Translations under genes and position numbers: made by a program
Part shown: positions 27,255 through 36,822 of the stretch, piece by piece
Layout: every line of letters begins with the position of its first letter
How positions within the stretch are numbered: position 1 is the first letter of the stretch
Notes under the pieces: model-generated
Told to the model about the DNA's origin: nothing
Database searches by the model: none
Seen by the model: only the letters and a program-made list of their open reading frames with translations
Source: a bacterium
Lineage (GTDB): Bacteria > UBA8248
DNA length: 64,000 nucleotides
NCBI GenBank assembly: GCA_965199855.1
Contig: OZ241326.1
Coordinates: 2,016,001 to 2,080,000, forward strand
Direction of reading: 5' to 3'

Positions 27255-28145
27255 TCACAAGCGCGTCCCCGCAATCTCCTCGTAATCACGATACAGCAAC
27301 GAGAAATCTTTTTCGATCATCCCGCGCTTGACGGCCTTGCGCAGAAACGCGAGCGTGGCTTCTCCGTGCTTCGTCTGCGCCTTGTGCCTCTTCGCCATTT
27401 CGACGGCCAGGCCCACGTCCTTTATCATGTTGTAGACGCGCGATTTAGCGTCCCAGGTCCCCGACAATATGTGATTCGGGAAGCGGGCCTCGCTCGCGTA
27501 GCTCCGCGCGTTGGAGACGTTGAACACGCGAATCATGTCTTCGAGCCTGATTCCCGCCCTCTCGGCGAGACGCCCCCCCTCGCAGGTCGCCATGAAGATG
27601 GAGTGACAAACCATGTTGTGAATCAGTTTCAAGGCATGGCCCGCCCCGCTTTCGCCCAGATAGAAAAGGTTGTCGGCAATCGGCCGCAAAAACCGCTTCG
27701 TCCTGCGAAACGCGCGTTCGTCTCCGCCTATCATCAGCGTCAGCGTACCGGCCGTCGCCCCAGACGCGCCCCCGCTCATGCCGGCGTCGAGATAGACCGT
27801 CCCGCGCGCCTTCGCGCGTCTGGCGATTTTCCGGGTCACGTCGGGGTCGGAGCTTGTGAAGTCGTAAATCACCAGGTTCTTCCGCGCATTCGCTAAAACG
27901 CCCGCTTTTCCTTTCAGACACGCCTCGATTTCGGGCGATCCCGGAACGACGAAAAAGACAATTCTCGCCTGCCCCGCCATCTCGCCCGGCTCGAGGATCT
28001 CGACGCTCCGCTTTCCGTCCCACGGGCGCCTCGCCTCGGGCGCCGCGTCCCAAACCATCAAGGGCACTTTCGCCTTGTGAAAATTGGCGGCGATGCCGCG
28101 CCCCATGTTCCCCAGACCCACCACGCCGATTTTCGCCTGCGCCAT
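27255..28145 (-). CDS. NAD(P)-dependent beta-hydroxyacid dehydrogenase
   Basis: IGVVGLGNMG, DAGMSGG, GTLTLMIGG, KLIHN. Confidence 0.9.
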   Translation of the reverse strand: MAQAKIGVVGLGNMGRGIAANFHKAKVPLMVWDAAPEARRPWDGKRSVEILEPGEMAGQARIVFFVVPGSPEIEACLKGKAGVLANARKNLVIYDFTSSDPDVTRKIARRAKARGTVYLDAGMSGGASGATAGTLTLMIGGDERAFRRTKRFLRPIADNLFYLGESGAGHALKLIHNMVCHSIFMATCEGGRLAERAGIRLEDMIRVFNVSNARSYASEARFPNHILSGTWDAKSRVYNMIKDVGLAVEMAKRHKAQTKHGEATLAFLRKAVKRGMIEKDFSLLYRDYEEIAGTRL

Positions 28146-28148
28146 CCC

Positions 28149-29906
28149 TCATTCCTCTCCTTGCCGCGTCTGCCCGGCCGCCCTCGCTTTGGCGGACGCG
28201 GGCGACCGCGTCTTCAACGGGTCCTTGCCGAAAAGAATCTCTCCCTTCTCCCCGCGCGTCAGGCGCGTCACGAAAGCGCCGTCCTTTTCGTTCGTCTCGG
28301 GATAATCGAGTCTGAAATGCGCGCCCCGGCTCTCTTTCCTGTTCAGGGCGGCGGTGGCGAGCAACTTGCCCAGAAGCGCCAGATTCCTGACCGACAGCGC
28401 GCTCTCCAGTTCCTGACCCCTCGTTTTCCGGGACGACCGCGCGCCCTCGGCCAGGCGCATGCGAGGAATTTCCGCGCGTTCAATGCGCTCGAACTCGCCC
28501 AAGGCGTCCCGGCAGCCTCCGGCGTCGCGTATGGGACCGAGCTTCTCATGCGCAAGCATCCGGCAACGCATCCGCACGTCCTTCTGGAGCGGTCCGTCCT
28601 CCCGATCGATGAGCGCCCCGAGCCAAGCACGCTCAGATTCGGGAATATCCCCGAAAGCCGCCGGCGAGCCTCCCCCCTCTCGCTTCACTTTCTCGGAGAC
28701 CGCTCGCCCGGCCCGCCTCCCGTAAACCAGGGAGGCGGAGAGCGCGGAGCCGCCGATGCGGTTTCCGCCGTGAATGCCGCCTCCCGTCTCTCCCGCGGCC
28801 CAAAGCCCCGGCACGCCCGTTTTTCCGTTCACGTCGATCTCCAAGCCTCCGAGCCAGGTATGGCTGCCCGGAGCCACCTCCAGGGGCGTTTTAGTGATGT
28901 CCACGCCACGCGCGAGGCACGTTTTATAGACGTGGGGAATCTGCTTCTGAATCGTCTCCATGGGGACGTGGGTCGCATCCATGTAGATGCCGCCGGTGAG
29001 GCCCGCGCGGCCCGCGTGAATCTCCTTCGCCATGGCGAGGATGACTTCGCTGCGCGTGCTCCTCTCCGCCGTGTCTGGAAAATAGCGCTTCAAAAACGCC
29101 TCGCCCTCCCGGTTCAGGAACACGGCGCCCGCGTTGATGAACCCCGTGGGGTGCGGGGCGAAGCCGAACAGCTCCTCCGGCGCACAGCACATGGCCTGAA
29201 AGTCGACCATCTCGATGCCGAGCAGAGGCGCGCCCGCCCGGAAGCCCAGCACGTAGCCGTCGCCCGTCACCTGCGGTGGATTGTCGTTGACGTAGAAAAG
29301 GCCGCTCCCGCCGCCCGTAGCCAGAATCACCTCGCGCGCGGCGTAGACGACAAGACGGCAACGCGAATAATCCACCCCCCAGGCGCCGACGACGCACCCG
29401 GCTTCGGTGATGAGATCCACAATCGCCGTATGGGGGTGCTGTCGGATGCGGGCGTCAGCCCGCAGTTTCTTCGAGAGCGCCTTGGTGACCATGTTGCCCG
29501 TCGTGTCGTGGCGGTGCAGGGCGCGGGGATAAGTGTGGCTGGGAAACATTTTGAGATCGAGGTCGCCCGCCTCGTCCATGACGAATTCGCCCCCCCACGC
29601 GCGCAGATCGCGCACGACGTCGATGATGTCATGCACCCAGACCTCGGCCAGCGTCGGATCGATGAGCTCGCCGCCGTATTTGAGAATTTCCCGCAAGTGA
29701 AGCTCCGGACTGTCGCCCGGAGCCATGGCCGCCGCGAAGCCGCCCCTCGCCACCGTCGTGGCGCCGCTCGTCGCCCGGCCCTTGGTGGCCTGGATGACGC
29801 TCACGCCCGCCTGCGCGCACTCAAAGGCGGCCATCGTGCCCGCGGCGCCCCCGCCCACGATCAGCACGTCGGCCTCGTGCCGCTCCTCGGCAACGTTTCC
29901 CGTCAT
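28149..29906 (-). CDS. SdhA/FrdA/NadB-family FAD-binding oxidoreductase (stand-alone, divergent active site)
   Basis: GGGAAG, LATGG, TGDG, HTWLGG, HGGNRIGG, RKESRGAHFRLDYP. Confidence 0.88.
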   Translation of the reverse strand: MTGNVAEERHEADVLIVGGGAAGTMAAFECAQAGVSVIQATKGRATSGATTVARGGFAAAMAPGDSPELHLREILKYGGELIDPTLAEVWVHDIIDVVRDLRAWGGEFVMDEAGDLDLKMFPSHTYPRALHRHDTTGNMVTKALSKKLRADARIRQHPHTAIVDLITEAGCVVGAWGVDYSRCRLVVYAAREVILATGGGSGLFYVNDNPPQVTGDGYVLGFRAGAPLLGIEMVDFQAMCCAPEELFGFAPHPTGFINAGAVFLNREGEAFLKRYFPDTAERSTRSEVILAMAKEIHAGRAGLTGGIYMDATHVPMETIQKQIPHVYKTCLARGVDITKTPLEVAPGSHTWLGGLEIDVNGKTGVPGLWAAGETGGGIHGGNRIGGSALSASLVYGRRAGRAVSEKVKREGGGSPAAFGDIPESERAWLGALIDREDGPLQKDVRMRCRMLAHEKLGPIRDAGGCRDALGEFERIERAEIPRMRLAEGARSSRKTRGQELESALSVRNLALLGKLLATAALNRKESRGAHFRLDYPETNEKDGAFVTRLTRGEKGEILFGKDPLKTRSPASAKARAAGQTRQGEE

Positions 29907-30205
29907 CCGAACTCGTCCTTCCGCGCCAGTGATTCCTGGGATGATGGCCCGTTCGGCTCATCTTAAAGCATTTCGGCGGGAAAAACCTAGACCGCGCGCG
30001 GGAAACTCCTGAAAGACGCGCCAAACCGCGGCGCGCTTTTCTGAAAAGCCTTTTCCCGGCCTCAAAGGCTTGGAGAAACGCATCCGAAAAAAACCGCCGA
30101 AGGACACTGAGCGGAATTTTGAATTCTTCACTGGGGCTTCGTGCGATGAGCCTGACGAACGCCAAGGCGTCGCCGCCTCATGTCGAGATGACGGCGCGCG
30201 CCGTC

Positions 30206-31450
30206 TCAGCCTTGCTCCAGCATCGAGATCATCGCGTCCGCGCACGCATCGGCGAAAGCTGCATCGTTGATGTGGAGATCGAGCGTGACGACCTCCCCCC
30301 GCTTCAGGTTTTTCCTCAGCGAAGCCGCGAAGGCGGCGTCCGCCTCTGGACTACGCCAGTCGCTCCTCTCGCGGCCTTCGAGATCGTGGGTTTTCCGCTT
30401 CGTGTGTTCGCTGTATCCCCTGGCGGGAATCAGCACGCGAAGAGGGCCTTTGGCGCGGTTCAGCTTCTCCGCCATGAGAACGCCCAAGGCCTCGAATTCC
30501 CCCTTGTTCGTGCGCATCAGGAGGTTCTGGGCGTTGTATTGAAAAAACGTCCTGTCCTGATATTTCCCAGGCACGCGCCCCGTCCAGAAATTCGCATGAT
30601 CGAGCGCACCCGGAGCCACGACCTGGGGAATGCCCGCCTCCCCCGCCGCCTCCAGCCTGCTCTCGCCCGCGCTATAGACGCCGTCCACGAGCAGATCCAT
30701 CAGCTCGTGCGTGGTGACATCCACGACGCCTGCGAGCTCGCCCAGACCGGCCAGGGATTCCAGCGCGCGGCCGCCGGGGCCCGAGGCGTGAAAGAGGATG
30801 ATCTCATAGCCCGCCTTCGCCAGCCTTTGCTCCACGCGATTGACGCATCCGGCCGTGCCGCCGAAGGAGGAGACCCCGATGAGGGGCGGGGCGGCGCGGC
30901 CGCCGTCTTGCGGCGTCCCCTCGCGCTTCATCATTCCCGAGAGGGCGAGCGCCGCGTTTTCAATCACTCCCCTCGTGATGCGGTTGAGGGACAAATCGCC
31001 AATCGAGGGAAACATCACGATGTCGCTTTCCGCCACGTACCACTGCACGGCCGCCGTGGCGGCGACGACGCTCACCATCACCTTAGGAGCCAAGGGTGGC
31101 AAGACGCGCATGACGCCGCACGCCATCGAGGTTCCGTTCGCCCCGCCGAGGCCGATGGCGCCCCTGATTTCTCCTGCTCTGAATTTTTCGGCCAGAATCC
31201 GCCTTCCGCCCTCCGTCATTGCTTCGGAGGCGGCACTTCTCTCCATGCGTGCCAATTCGTCCCAAGTCCTGTCCGCTTTCGAGGCAAGTTCCGCGCCGCT
31301 AACGTCCGCGCCCAAGACCTCATGCGGCCGGCAGGACAAATCGACCAAAAGGGGCTTCACGCCGCATCTTTCCAGCCTTTCGGCCAGAAAGCGCGCCTCA
31401 ACCCCCTTGCTGTCCATCGTCGCCAGCACCGCCGCGTGCGGAATCGACAT
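30206..31450 (-). CDS. Tm-1-like ATP-binding domain protein (UPF0261)
   Basis: ATMDSKGVEA, GLGGANGT, FHASGPGG, TTHEL, PGALD, HINDAAFA. Confidence 0.85.
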   Translation of the reverse strand: MSIPHAAVLATMDSKGVEARFLAERLERCGVKPLLVDLSCRPHEVLGADVSGAELASKADRTWDELARMERSAASEAMTEGGRRILAEKFRAGEIRGAIGLGGANGTSMACGVMRVLPPLAPKVMVSVVAATAAVQWYVAESDIVMFPSIGDLSLNRITRGVIENAALALSGMMKREGTPQDGGRAAPPLIGVSSFGGTAGCVNRVEQRLAKAGYEIILFHASGPGGRALESLAGLGELAGVVDVTTHELMDLLVDGVYSAGESRLEAAGEAGIPQVVAPGALDHANFWTGRVPGKYQDRTFFQYNAQNLLMRTNKGEFEALGVLMAEKLNRAKGPLRVLIPARGYSEHTKRKTHDLEGRERSDWRSPEADAAFAASLRKNLKRGEVVTLDLHINDAAFADACADAMISMLEQG

Positions 31451-31510
31451 ATATTCCCCTTATGAAATAACTATCAATGCGTTAAAAAGGTATACCTAAA
31501 GCGTTGATTT

Positions 31511-32347
31511 CTATTTTCTCAGCCTCACCGACTTGAAACTCCGGGCCGCCTTCGGCACCGCCTCCTCCACAGGAAAGCGCTCGGCGGAGGAGCCCCCCAC
31601 ATAGCCGTCGAAGCGGCTCTCCATATCGAGCAGCTTTTCAAAATCTTCCGGAGCTTCTATGGGACCGCCGTGGCAGGTGAAAATTTTATCTTCATATCTG
31701 GGCAACAGGGCATCGAAGATATCCGCCGCCTTTCGGGCGGCTTCGGCAAGCGGCATGACCGTCTTCGAGCCGATCGAGCCGCCCGAACTGTTGCCGAAAT
31801 GAATAATGATGTTGTCCACGCCCGCCTCCGCCATGGCGAGGGCCTCATCCGGCGTGGTCGTAAAAGCTTTGGTGAATATGCCCTTGCGGCTCGCGCGGCC
31901 CAGCACATCCACCTCTCTCGAAAACCCCATGCCCGTTTCTTCCAGATCCTTCCTGAAATTTCCATCAATCAGGGCGACCGTGGGGCAGTTCATCACGCCG
32001 TCGAAGCCGGCGATCTCAAGCTTGTTCACAAACGAGAACATGTTTCTCGTCGGATCGGTCGCCAGCACGCCCGCGATGACGGGACAACCTTCCACCACGT
32101 TGAGAATGGCTCGCTCGCCCAGTTCAAGCGTGATGGCGTTCGCGTCCCCGATGGGCAAATAACCCGCCATCGAACTCAAACCCTGCATCCGGTAGTAGGC
32201 CAGGTTGAAGGTGCTTATGAGATCTGCCCCTCCTCGCGCGGCGAATTTCGCCGTGATGCCGCTTCCGCAAAGCGCGTCGTAGATGGCGCGTCCGGCGTCT
32301 CTTTCAGCCCGCAGGCGAACGAGGATTTCATTACGCGACATATTCAT
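31511..32347 (-). CDS. TIM-barrel signal-transduction / PEP-hydrolase-like protein
   Basis: GSGITAKF, GGADL, YRMQGLSSMAG, PTVALIDGNFR, HGGPI, GGSSAER. Confidence 0.85.
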   Translation of the reverse strand: MNMSRNEILVRLRAERDAGRAIYDALCGSGITAKFAARGGADLISTFNLAYYRMQGLSSMAGYLPIGDANAITLELGERAILNVVEGCPVIAGVLATDPTRNMFSFVNKLEIAGFDGVMNCPTVALIDGNFRKDLEETGMGFSREVDVLGRASRKGIFTKAFTTTPDEALAMAEAGVDNIIIHFGNSSGGSIGSKTVMPLAEAARKAADIFDALLPRYEDKIFTCHGGPIEAPEDFEKLLDMESRFDGYVGGSSAERFPVEEAVPKAARSFKSVRLRK

Positions 32348-32364
32348 GATAATTTATTCTCCAT

Positions 32365-32386
32365 TATATCAATTAGTTATGATATA
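32365..32386. promoter_or_regulatory. AT-rich inverted repeat, candidate transcription-factor operator upstream of the TIM-barrel gene
   Basis: TATATCA-N8-TGATATA within a markedly AT-rich island (about 32340-32480). Confidence 0.5.
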
Positions 32387-32680
32387 CTTTCCAGAAACAA
32401 ATTCATATATTGCAACCTCGCCGCTGCCAGGAAAGACGTGTCGAAACTTGAAGCATTTTCATACTTGATACCATGTCCGTCTTTGTGTGAAAATAGAAGT
32501 GGAAGGCGCAGGCGATGTATCGAGTGAAAAATCATGGCTTTGCGGGGATAAGTTCCAGTGGTCCCGCCCGCCCGAGCCGCTCCGCCTCTCTTGGGGTGGA
32601 GCGGCGCGGGACCACGCCCGCAAACGGCAAAGCGGGATTCACATCAGAAACGAGGAGCCGGGAATTTTTCAGGCGCTTCC

Positions 32681-34804
32681 CTATGTCCTGTCCGCCAAGA
32701 ACGCTTCGGCGACGAACACCCCTCCGAGCAGGAAAAAAAGAAGCGCGCCCAGTTCGGCTCGTCCCAGAATCGACCTTAACGGGTCCGCATCATCAGCCGG
32801 CAAATCACGAATATCGAGCCGATCGATCTTTTCCTTCAACCCGGACATGGGCACGGGCGAGAGGTTCGCCTCCGAGGCGGGCGCGTTCACGCCCACGAGG
32901 TATTCCTCATCCGGCGTAAGAACGCGATAGAAACCGGCGCGGTAGGCGTCCCGGAAATAGGCGACGACGCCCCTTCCCGTCTTGCCCAGCCTCAAGGCGT
33001 CCGGGGGCGCGTCGCCTGCGGCGCTCGCCGCGAATTGAAGCGCCTGCTCCTTCCCGTTCGGAGCGCGTATCTGTATCGCCTCCCCCGCCCGGCCGAGAGA
33101 CGCGCGAATCTCGAACGAATCTCCCGCGCGCGCGGAGGAGGTCGCACCCTCTCTCGCGCCGCCCAGGAAATCGGACACGCCTCTGATGAAGGGAACGAAA
33201 ACGGGCCGCACGGCGAGGTCCGTCCAGTCCCGATCACACGTGGAGCCCCACGTCATCACCCGGCCCGAACCCAAGGAGCCGGCCACCAGAACGGGAGTTC
33301 CATCGGGGAGTTCCAGCAGAACGCGCCCGTCTCTCGCCGGTTCGAGCGGCGCGATTCGCGCCAGGCGCAAGGCGGAGAAGAACCGCGCGGCGCTCGCCCC
33401 AAGCAAGGAGAAGACCGGGTGCTTTTCCGCGCCCCGAGCGATTTTCAGGCTTCGGGGCGGGCGAAGCGTCACGGGCGTTCCCGGCGCGGCCGGCAGCCAG
33501 TCGATCCCGGACGCGGCGCCTCCGGCCAGCTCTCCCGTCGCCCAGAGAAGGCCGCCGCCCTTTTCGACGAAATCTCTCAACCCCTGCCGCCCCCCTTCGG
33601 GCCAGCGCCCCACGTTACAGACGACAGCGTAGTCGTAATCCTCCCATCTCACGCTGTTCAGCTCATAGGACGCCACCACGCGCGTCAGCACGGGAGATTC
33701 TCCCCCCAGGCGCGCCGCGCTCAGGGCGTTGACGATGAAAAAGGTCTCACTGTCCTGGAGGCCGCGCTTCGGGTCTCCGTCGATGATCAGGGCGCGAAGG
33801 CGCTTGCCGATGCGCGCCGAAAAGTAAAACTGGTTCGTAGCCGCCAGATTGTCCTTCGGCAGTTCGAGGCGGCCATAGAGCAGGCCCGTTCGAGGCGCGT
33901 TCACGCGAAAACTCACGGGACTCGAACCGCGCGGATCGACGTCTACATTGAGCGTTTGCCTTGGTTTTCCGCCTACATACAGGCGCACGGGAACGTTCGA
34001 TTTCTTCTCATCCCCCCGGTTGAAGACGCGAGCCCCGATGGTGAAGGGAAAGCCCGCCTTGGGCGGCCACGGCTTCATCTTCACGTCCAGAAAACCCATG
34101 TCCGCAATTCCCGCTTCGGGAGCCACCAGCACGAACTGGACGTGAACGTGCGGATTCCACTGCCTGATATTGCGAATCTGAAACGATTTCCAGTCCCCTT
34201 GGGCAAAATCGCTGAAAACGACCACGCTTCTCCGCCCCGCCCGGGGCGATGCGCTCTCGAGCGCGCGCCGCACGACGCGGGCCGGCGCGCCCTTGCCATC
34301 GGTCTGGCGAATTCCATCCAGCGCGGCGAGCGCGTCCCGGCGGCTCAACTGCCTGAGAGGTCCGTCGGCGCGGCGCTCGACGGTCGCCGCGATGCTCATT
34401 CGATCCGCTTCCGACATATCCTCTATCATCCGCCTCACGGCGCGTCTGGCTACTTCGAAGCGGCTTCCGCCAGACGTCGAAAACCCCATGCTCGCTGAAT
34501 TATCGAGCACGACGACGCTGTGGGAGGGAAACCATCCGCCGCCCGACACCCCGCCTTCGGTCGCCAGCAGAGGGCGGGACGCCAGAAAAACGGCGATTCC
34601 GACGGCGCAAACGCGCAGAAAGAGAAGTACCCAGTTTCTGAGCCTGCTTCGGTTCGTGATGCGGCGTTGCGTCCTGAGCAGAAACTCGAAGGTGGGAAGT
34701 CGATGCCTGAGGACGAGGCGCCGCCTCAGCAGGTGAATGAGGACGGGCAGAAAAATCAGTCCCGCTCCCCAAAGCAGAGCGCCGTGCAGGAATTGAAAGC
34801 CCAA
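32681..34804 (-). CDS. BatA-domain / vWA membrane protein
   Basis: LPVLIHLL...PTFEFL BatA N-terminus, DNSASM MIDAS, VFSDF, C-terminal TM. Confidence 0.85.
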   Translation of the reverse strand: MGFQFLHGALLWGAGLIFLPVLIHLLRRRLVLRHRLPTFEFLLRTQRRITNRSRLRNWVLLFLRVCAVGIAVFLASRPLLATEGGVSGGGWFPSHSVVVLDNSASMGFSTSGGSRFEVARRAVRRMIEDMSEADRMSIAATVERRADGPLRQLSRRDALAALDGIRQTDGKGAPARVVRRALESASPRAGRRSVVVFSDFAQGDWKSFQIRNIRQWNPHVHVQFVLVAPEAGIADMGFLDVKMKPWPPKAGFPFTIGARVFNRGDEKKSNVPVRLYVGGKPRQTLNVDVDPRGSSPVSFRVNAPRTGLLYGRLELPKDNLAATNQFYFSARIGKRLRALIIDGDPKRGLQDSETFFIVNALSAARLGGESPVLTRVVASYELNSVRWEDYDYAVVCNVGRWPEGGRQGLRDFVEKGGGLLWATGELAGGAASGIDWLPAAPGTPVTLRPPRSLKIARGAEKHPVFSLLGASAARFFSALRLARIAPLEPARDGRVLLELPDGTPVLVAGSLGSGRVMTWGSTCDRDWTDLAVRPVFVPFIRGVSDFLGGAREGATSSARAGDSFEIRASLGRAGEAIQIRAPNGKEQALQFAASAAGDAPPDALRLGKTGRGVVAYFRDAYRAGFYRVLTPDEEYLVGVNAPASEANLSPVPMSGLKEKIDRLDIRDLPADDADPLRSILGRAELGALLFFLLGGVFVAEAFLADRT

Positions 34805-34829
34805 TCCGCATCCTCCCTAAAGTGTTCCG

Positions 34830-35723
34830 CTACGCTCTCGCCCTGTTGCGCCAAGCCAGGAAGCGGATGAGTCCTTTATCCAGCGGCTCGGCCGTCGAGA
34901 CCAGATGATAGTCCACCCCCAAATCCGCGCACCCATCGCGCGTTCGATCCAGAAATTCCTCCAAAAGCCCCAAATAGGGCTGCTTCACGACCTCGCACTC
35001 CACCGTGACGTTTCTGTCCGTCTCAACGTCGTCCATTCTGGCGAGGCCCTCAAAGGGGAATTCGAGCTCCTCGACGTCGAGCACGTGAAACACGATGACG
35101 TCGCTTCCCTTGAGGCACAGCAACTTGAGCGCCTTTTCCACCGCCGCCGGATCGTCGAGCAAGTCAGAAACGACGACGACGAGGCCTCGCCTCGTCAGGC
35201 GCTCCGCCAAGGCGAGCAGGGAGCGGGCGATTCCCGTTCCCCCGGCGGGCTTCGCCGCCTGCAGGCCCGCCAGCAACGCGAGCAAATGTCTTCGGATGGA
35301 CTTGGGCGGCACCCGGGCGTCTTCTTCCTCATAGGAAACCACCAATCCCACCGAGTCGGACTGCCCAAGGAGCAAATGCGCCATCGCCGAAGCCAGGGTG
35401 GCCGCGTAGCCCCACTTCGTGAGGGGGCCGCCACCGAAATCCATCGAGGCGCTGGCGTCGACGACGAGATGAGCGCGCAGGTTCGTCTCGTCTTCATACT
35501 GCTTCACGAGGTAGCGATCGAATTTTCCATACGCCTTCCAGTCGATGTGCCGGAGTTCGTCCCCCGGAGAATAGGCCCTGTGCTCCTCGAAATCGACGCT
35601 GAAGCCCCGGGAGCGGCTTCTGTGGACGCCGCTCATCAAGCCCTCGACCACGTGGCGGGCGCGGAGCTGGAGGTTGGACAGACGCGAAATGAGAACGGGG
35701 TCGAAATATCGATCCGAATTCAA
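34830..35723 (-). CDS. DUF58 domain protein
   Basis: GVHRS...GFSVDFEEHRAYSPGDELRHIDWK, DASASM. Confidence 0.92.
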   Translation of the reverse strand: MNSDRYFDPVLISRLSNLQLRARHVVEGLMSGVHRSRSRGFSVDFEEHRAYSPGDELRHIDWKAYGKFDRYLVKQYEDETNLRAHLVVDASASMDFGGGPLTKWGYAATLASAMAHLLLGQSDSVGLVVSYEEEDARVPPKSIRRHLLALLAGLQAAKPAGGTGIARSLLALAERLTRRGLVVVVSDLLDDPAAVEKALKLLCLKGSDVIVFHVLDVEELEFPFEGLARMDDVETDRNVTVECEVVKQPYLGLLEEFLDRTRDGCADLGVDYHLVSTAEPLDKGLIRFLAWRNRARA

Positions 35724-35747
35724 TGCCGACCTCTCCGAAATCGGCGC

Positions 35748-36800
35748 TTAAGCGGCTTCGGTAGCCTCCGCCGGGGGCGCGACGGCTTCGAGCAGCCTCC
35801 CCGTCAGGGACACGGAATCATGCCCTTCCGCCTGGCCGCGAAAATTCACCAGAATGCGGTGGCGCAGCACGGGTTCGGCCAGCGCCTTCACGTCTTCAAT
35901 CGTCGCGGCGTAGCGGCCCCGAAGCAGCGCCCGCGCCCGCGCTCCCAGAATCAGATACTGGCTCGCCCTTGGCCCCGCGCCCCACTCCACGTATTGGCGA
36001 ACGAAATCGGGAGCGCTCGCATCGTCCGGGCGGGACGCGCGCGCGAGGGAAACCGCGTATTCCACCACGTAAGGAGCCGCCGGCACCCGGCGCACCAGAC
36101 CCTGAAAGCGCAGAATCTGCTCGCTGTCCATCACCTCCTCGAGTTCGGGGCTGTAGCTCGACGTCGTCTGCGCGACGATCTCCTTCTCCTCGGCCAGACT
36201 CGGGTAGGACACCCCGATCTCGAACATGAACCTGTCGAGCTGCGCTTCGGGCAAGGGATAGGTGCCCTCCTGTTCCACGGGATTCTGGGTCGCCAGGACG
36301 AAAAACGGCGGGGTCAGGAAGTGCGCCTGCCCGCCGGCCGTCACGTGCAGCTCCTGCATCGCCTGCAGAAGCGCCGCCTGCGTCTTGGGCGAGGTTCGGT
36401 TGATCTCGTCCGCCAGAAGAATTTGCGTGAAGATGGGGCCTCGAATGAAGCGGAAAGAGCGCCTCCCCTGCGTCGTGTCGTCCAGGATGTCCGTGCCCGT
36501 AATGTCCGAGGGCATCAGGTCGGGCGTGAACTGGATGCGGTTGAAGTCGAGCTGCAACACCTGTGACAGGGTGCGGATGAGCAAGGTCTTGGCCAGGCCC
36601 GGCACGCCCACCAGCAGGCAGTGGCCCTTCGAGAGCAAGGCTATCAGCACCAAATCGATGACTTTCGCCTGCCCGACGATGATCTTGCGCACCTGCTCAA
36701 GGATGGCGTCGCGCTTGAGGCCGATTTCACGCGCCACTTCGAGGTCCTCCTCGCTCATCCGGGCTTCCTGATTTTCGGCGTCGCGCGCGGCTTCATTCAT
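35748..36800 (-). CDS. moxR: MoxR-family AAA+ ATPase
   Basis: GVPGLAKT, RIQFTPDLMPSDITG, DEINR, ATQNPVEQEGTYPLPEAQLDRF. Confidence 0.95.
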   Translation of the reverse strand: MNEAARDAENQEARMSEEDLEVAREIGLKRDAILEQVRKIIVGQAKVIDLVLIALLSKGHCLLVGVPGLAKTLLIRTLSQVLQLDFNRIQFTPDLMPSDITGTDILDDTTQGRRSFRFIRGPIFTQILLADEINRTSPKTQAALLQAMQELHVTAGGQAHFLTPPFFVLATQNPVEQEGTYPLPEAQLDRFMFEIGVSYPSLAEEKEIVAQTTSSYSPELEEVMDSEQILRFQGLVRRVPAAPYVVEYAVSLARASRPDDASAPDFVRQYVEWGAGPRASQYLILGARARALLRGRYAATIEDVKALAEPVLRHRILVNFRGQAEGHDSVSLTGRLLEAVAPPAEATEAA

Positions 36801-36822
36801 TCCGTATCGCCTCTCGATGGGG

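Noticed and set aside
32681-36800. MoxR/vWA genes as an anti-phage defence system
   Set aside because: The architecture is the membrane BatA/DUF58 type, with no nuclease or other effector domain and no mobile-element context.
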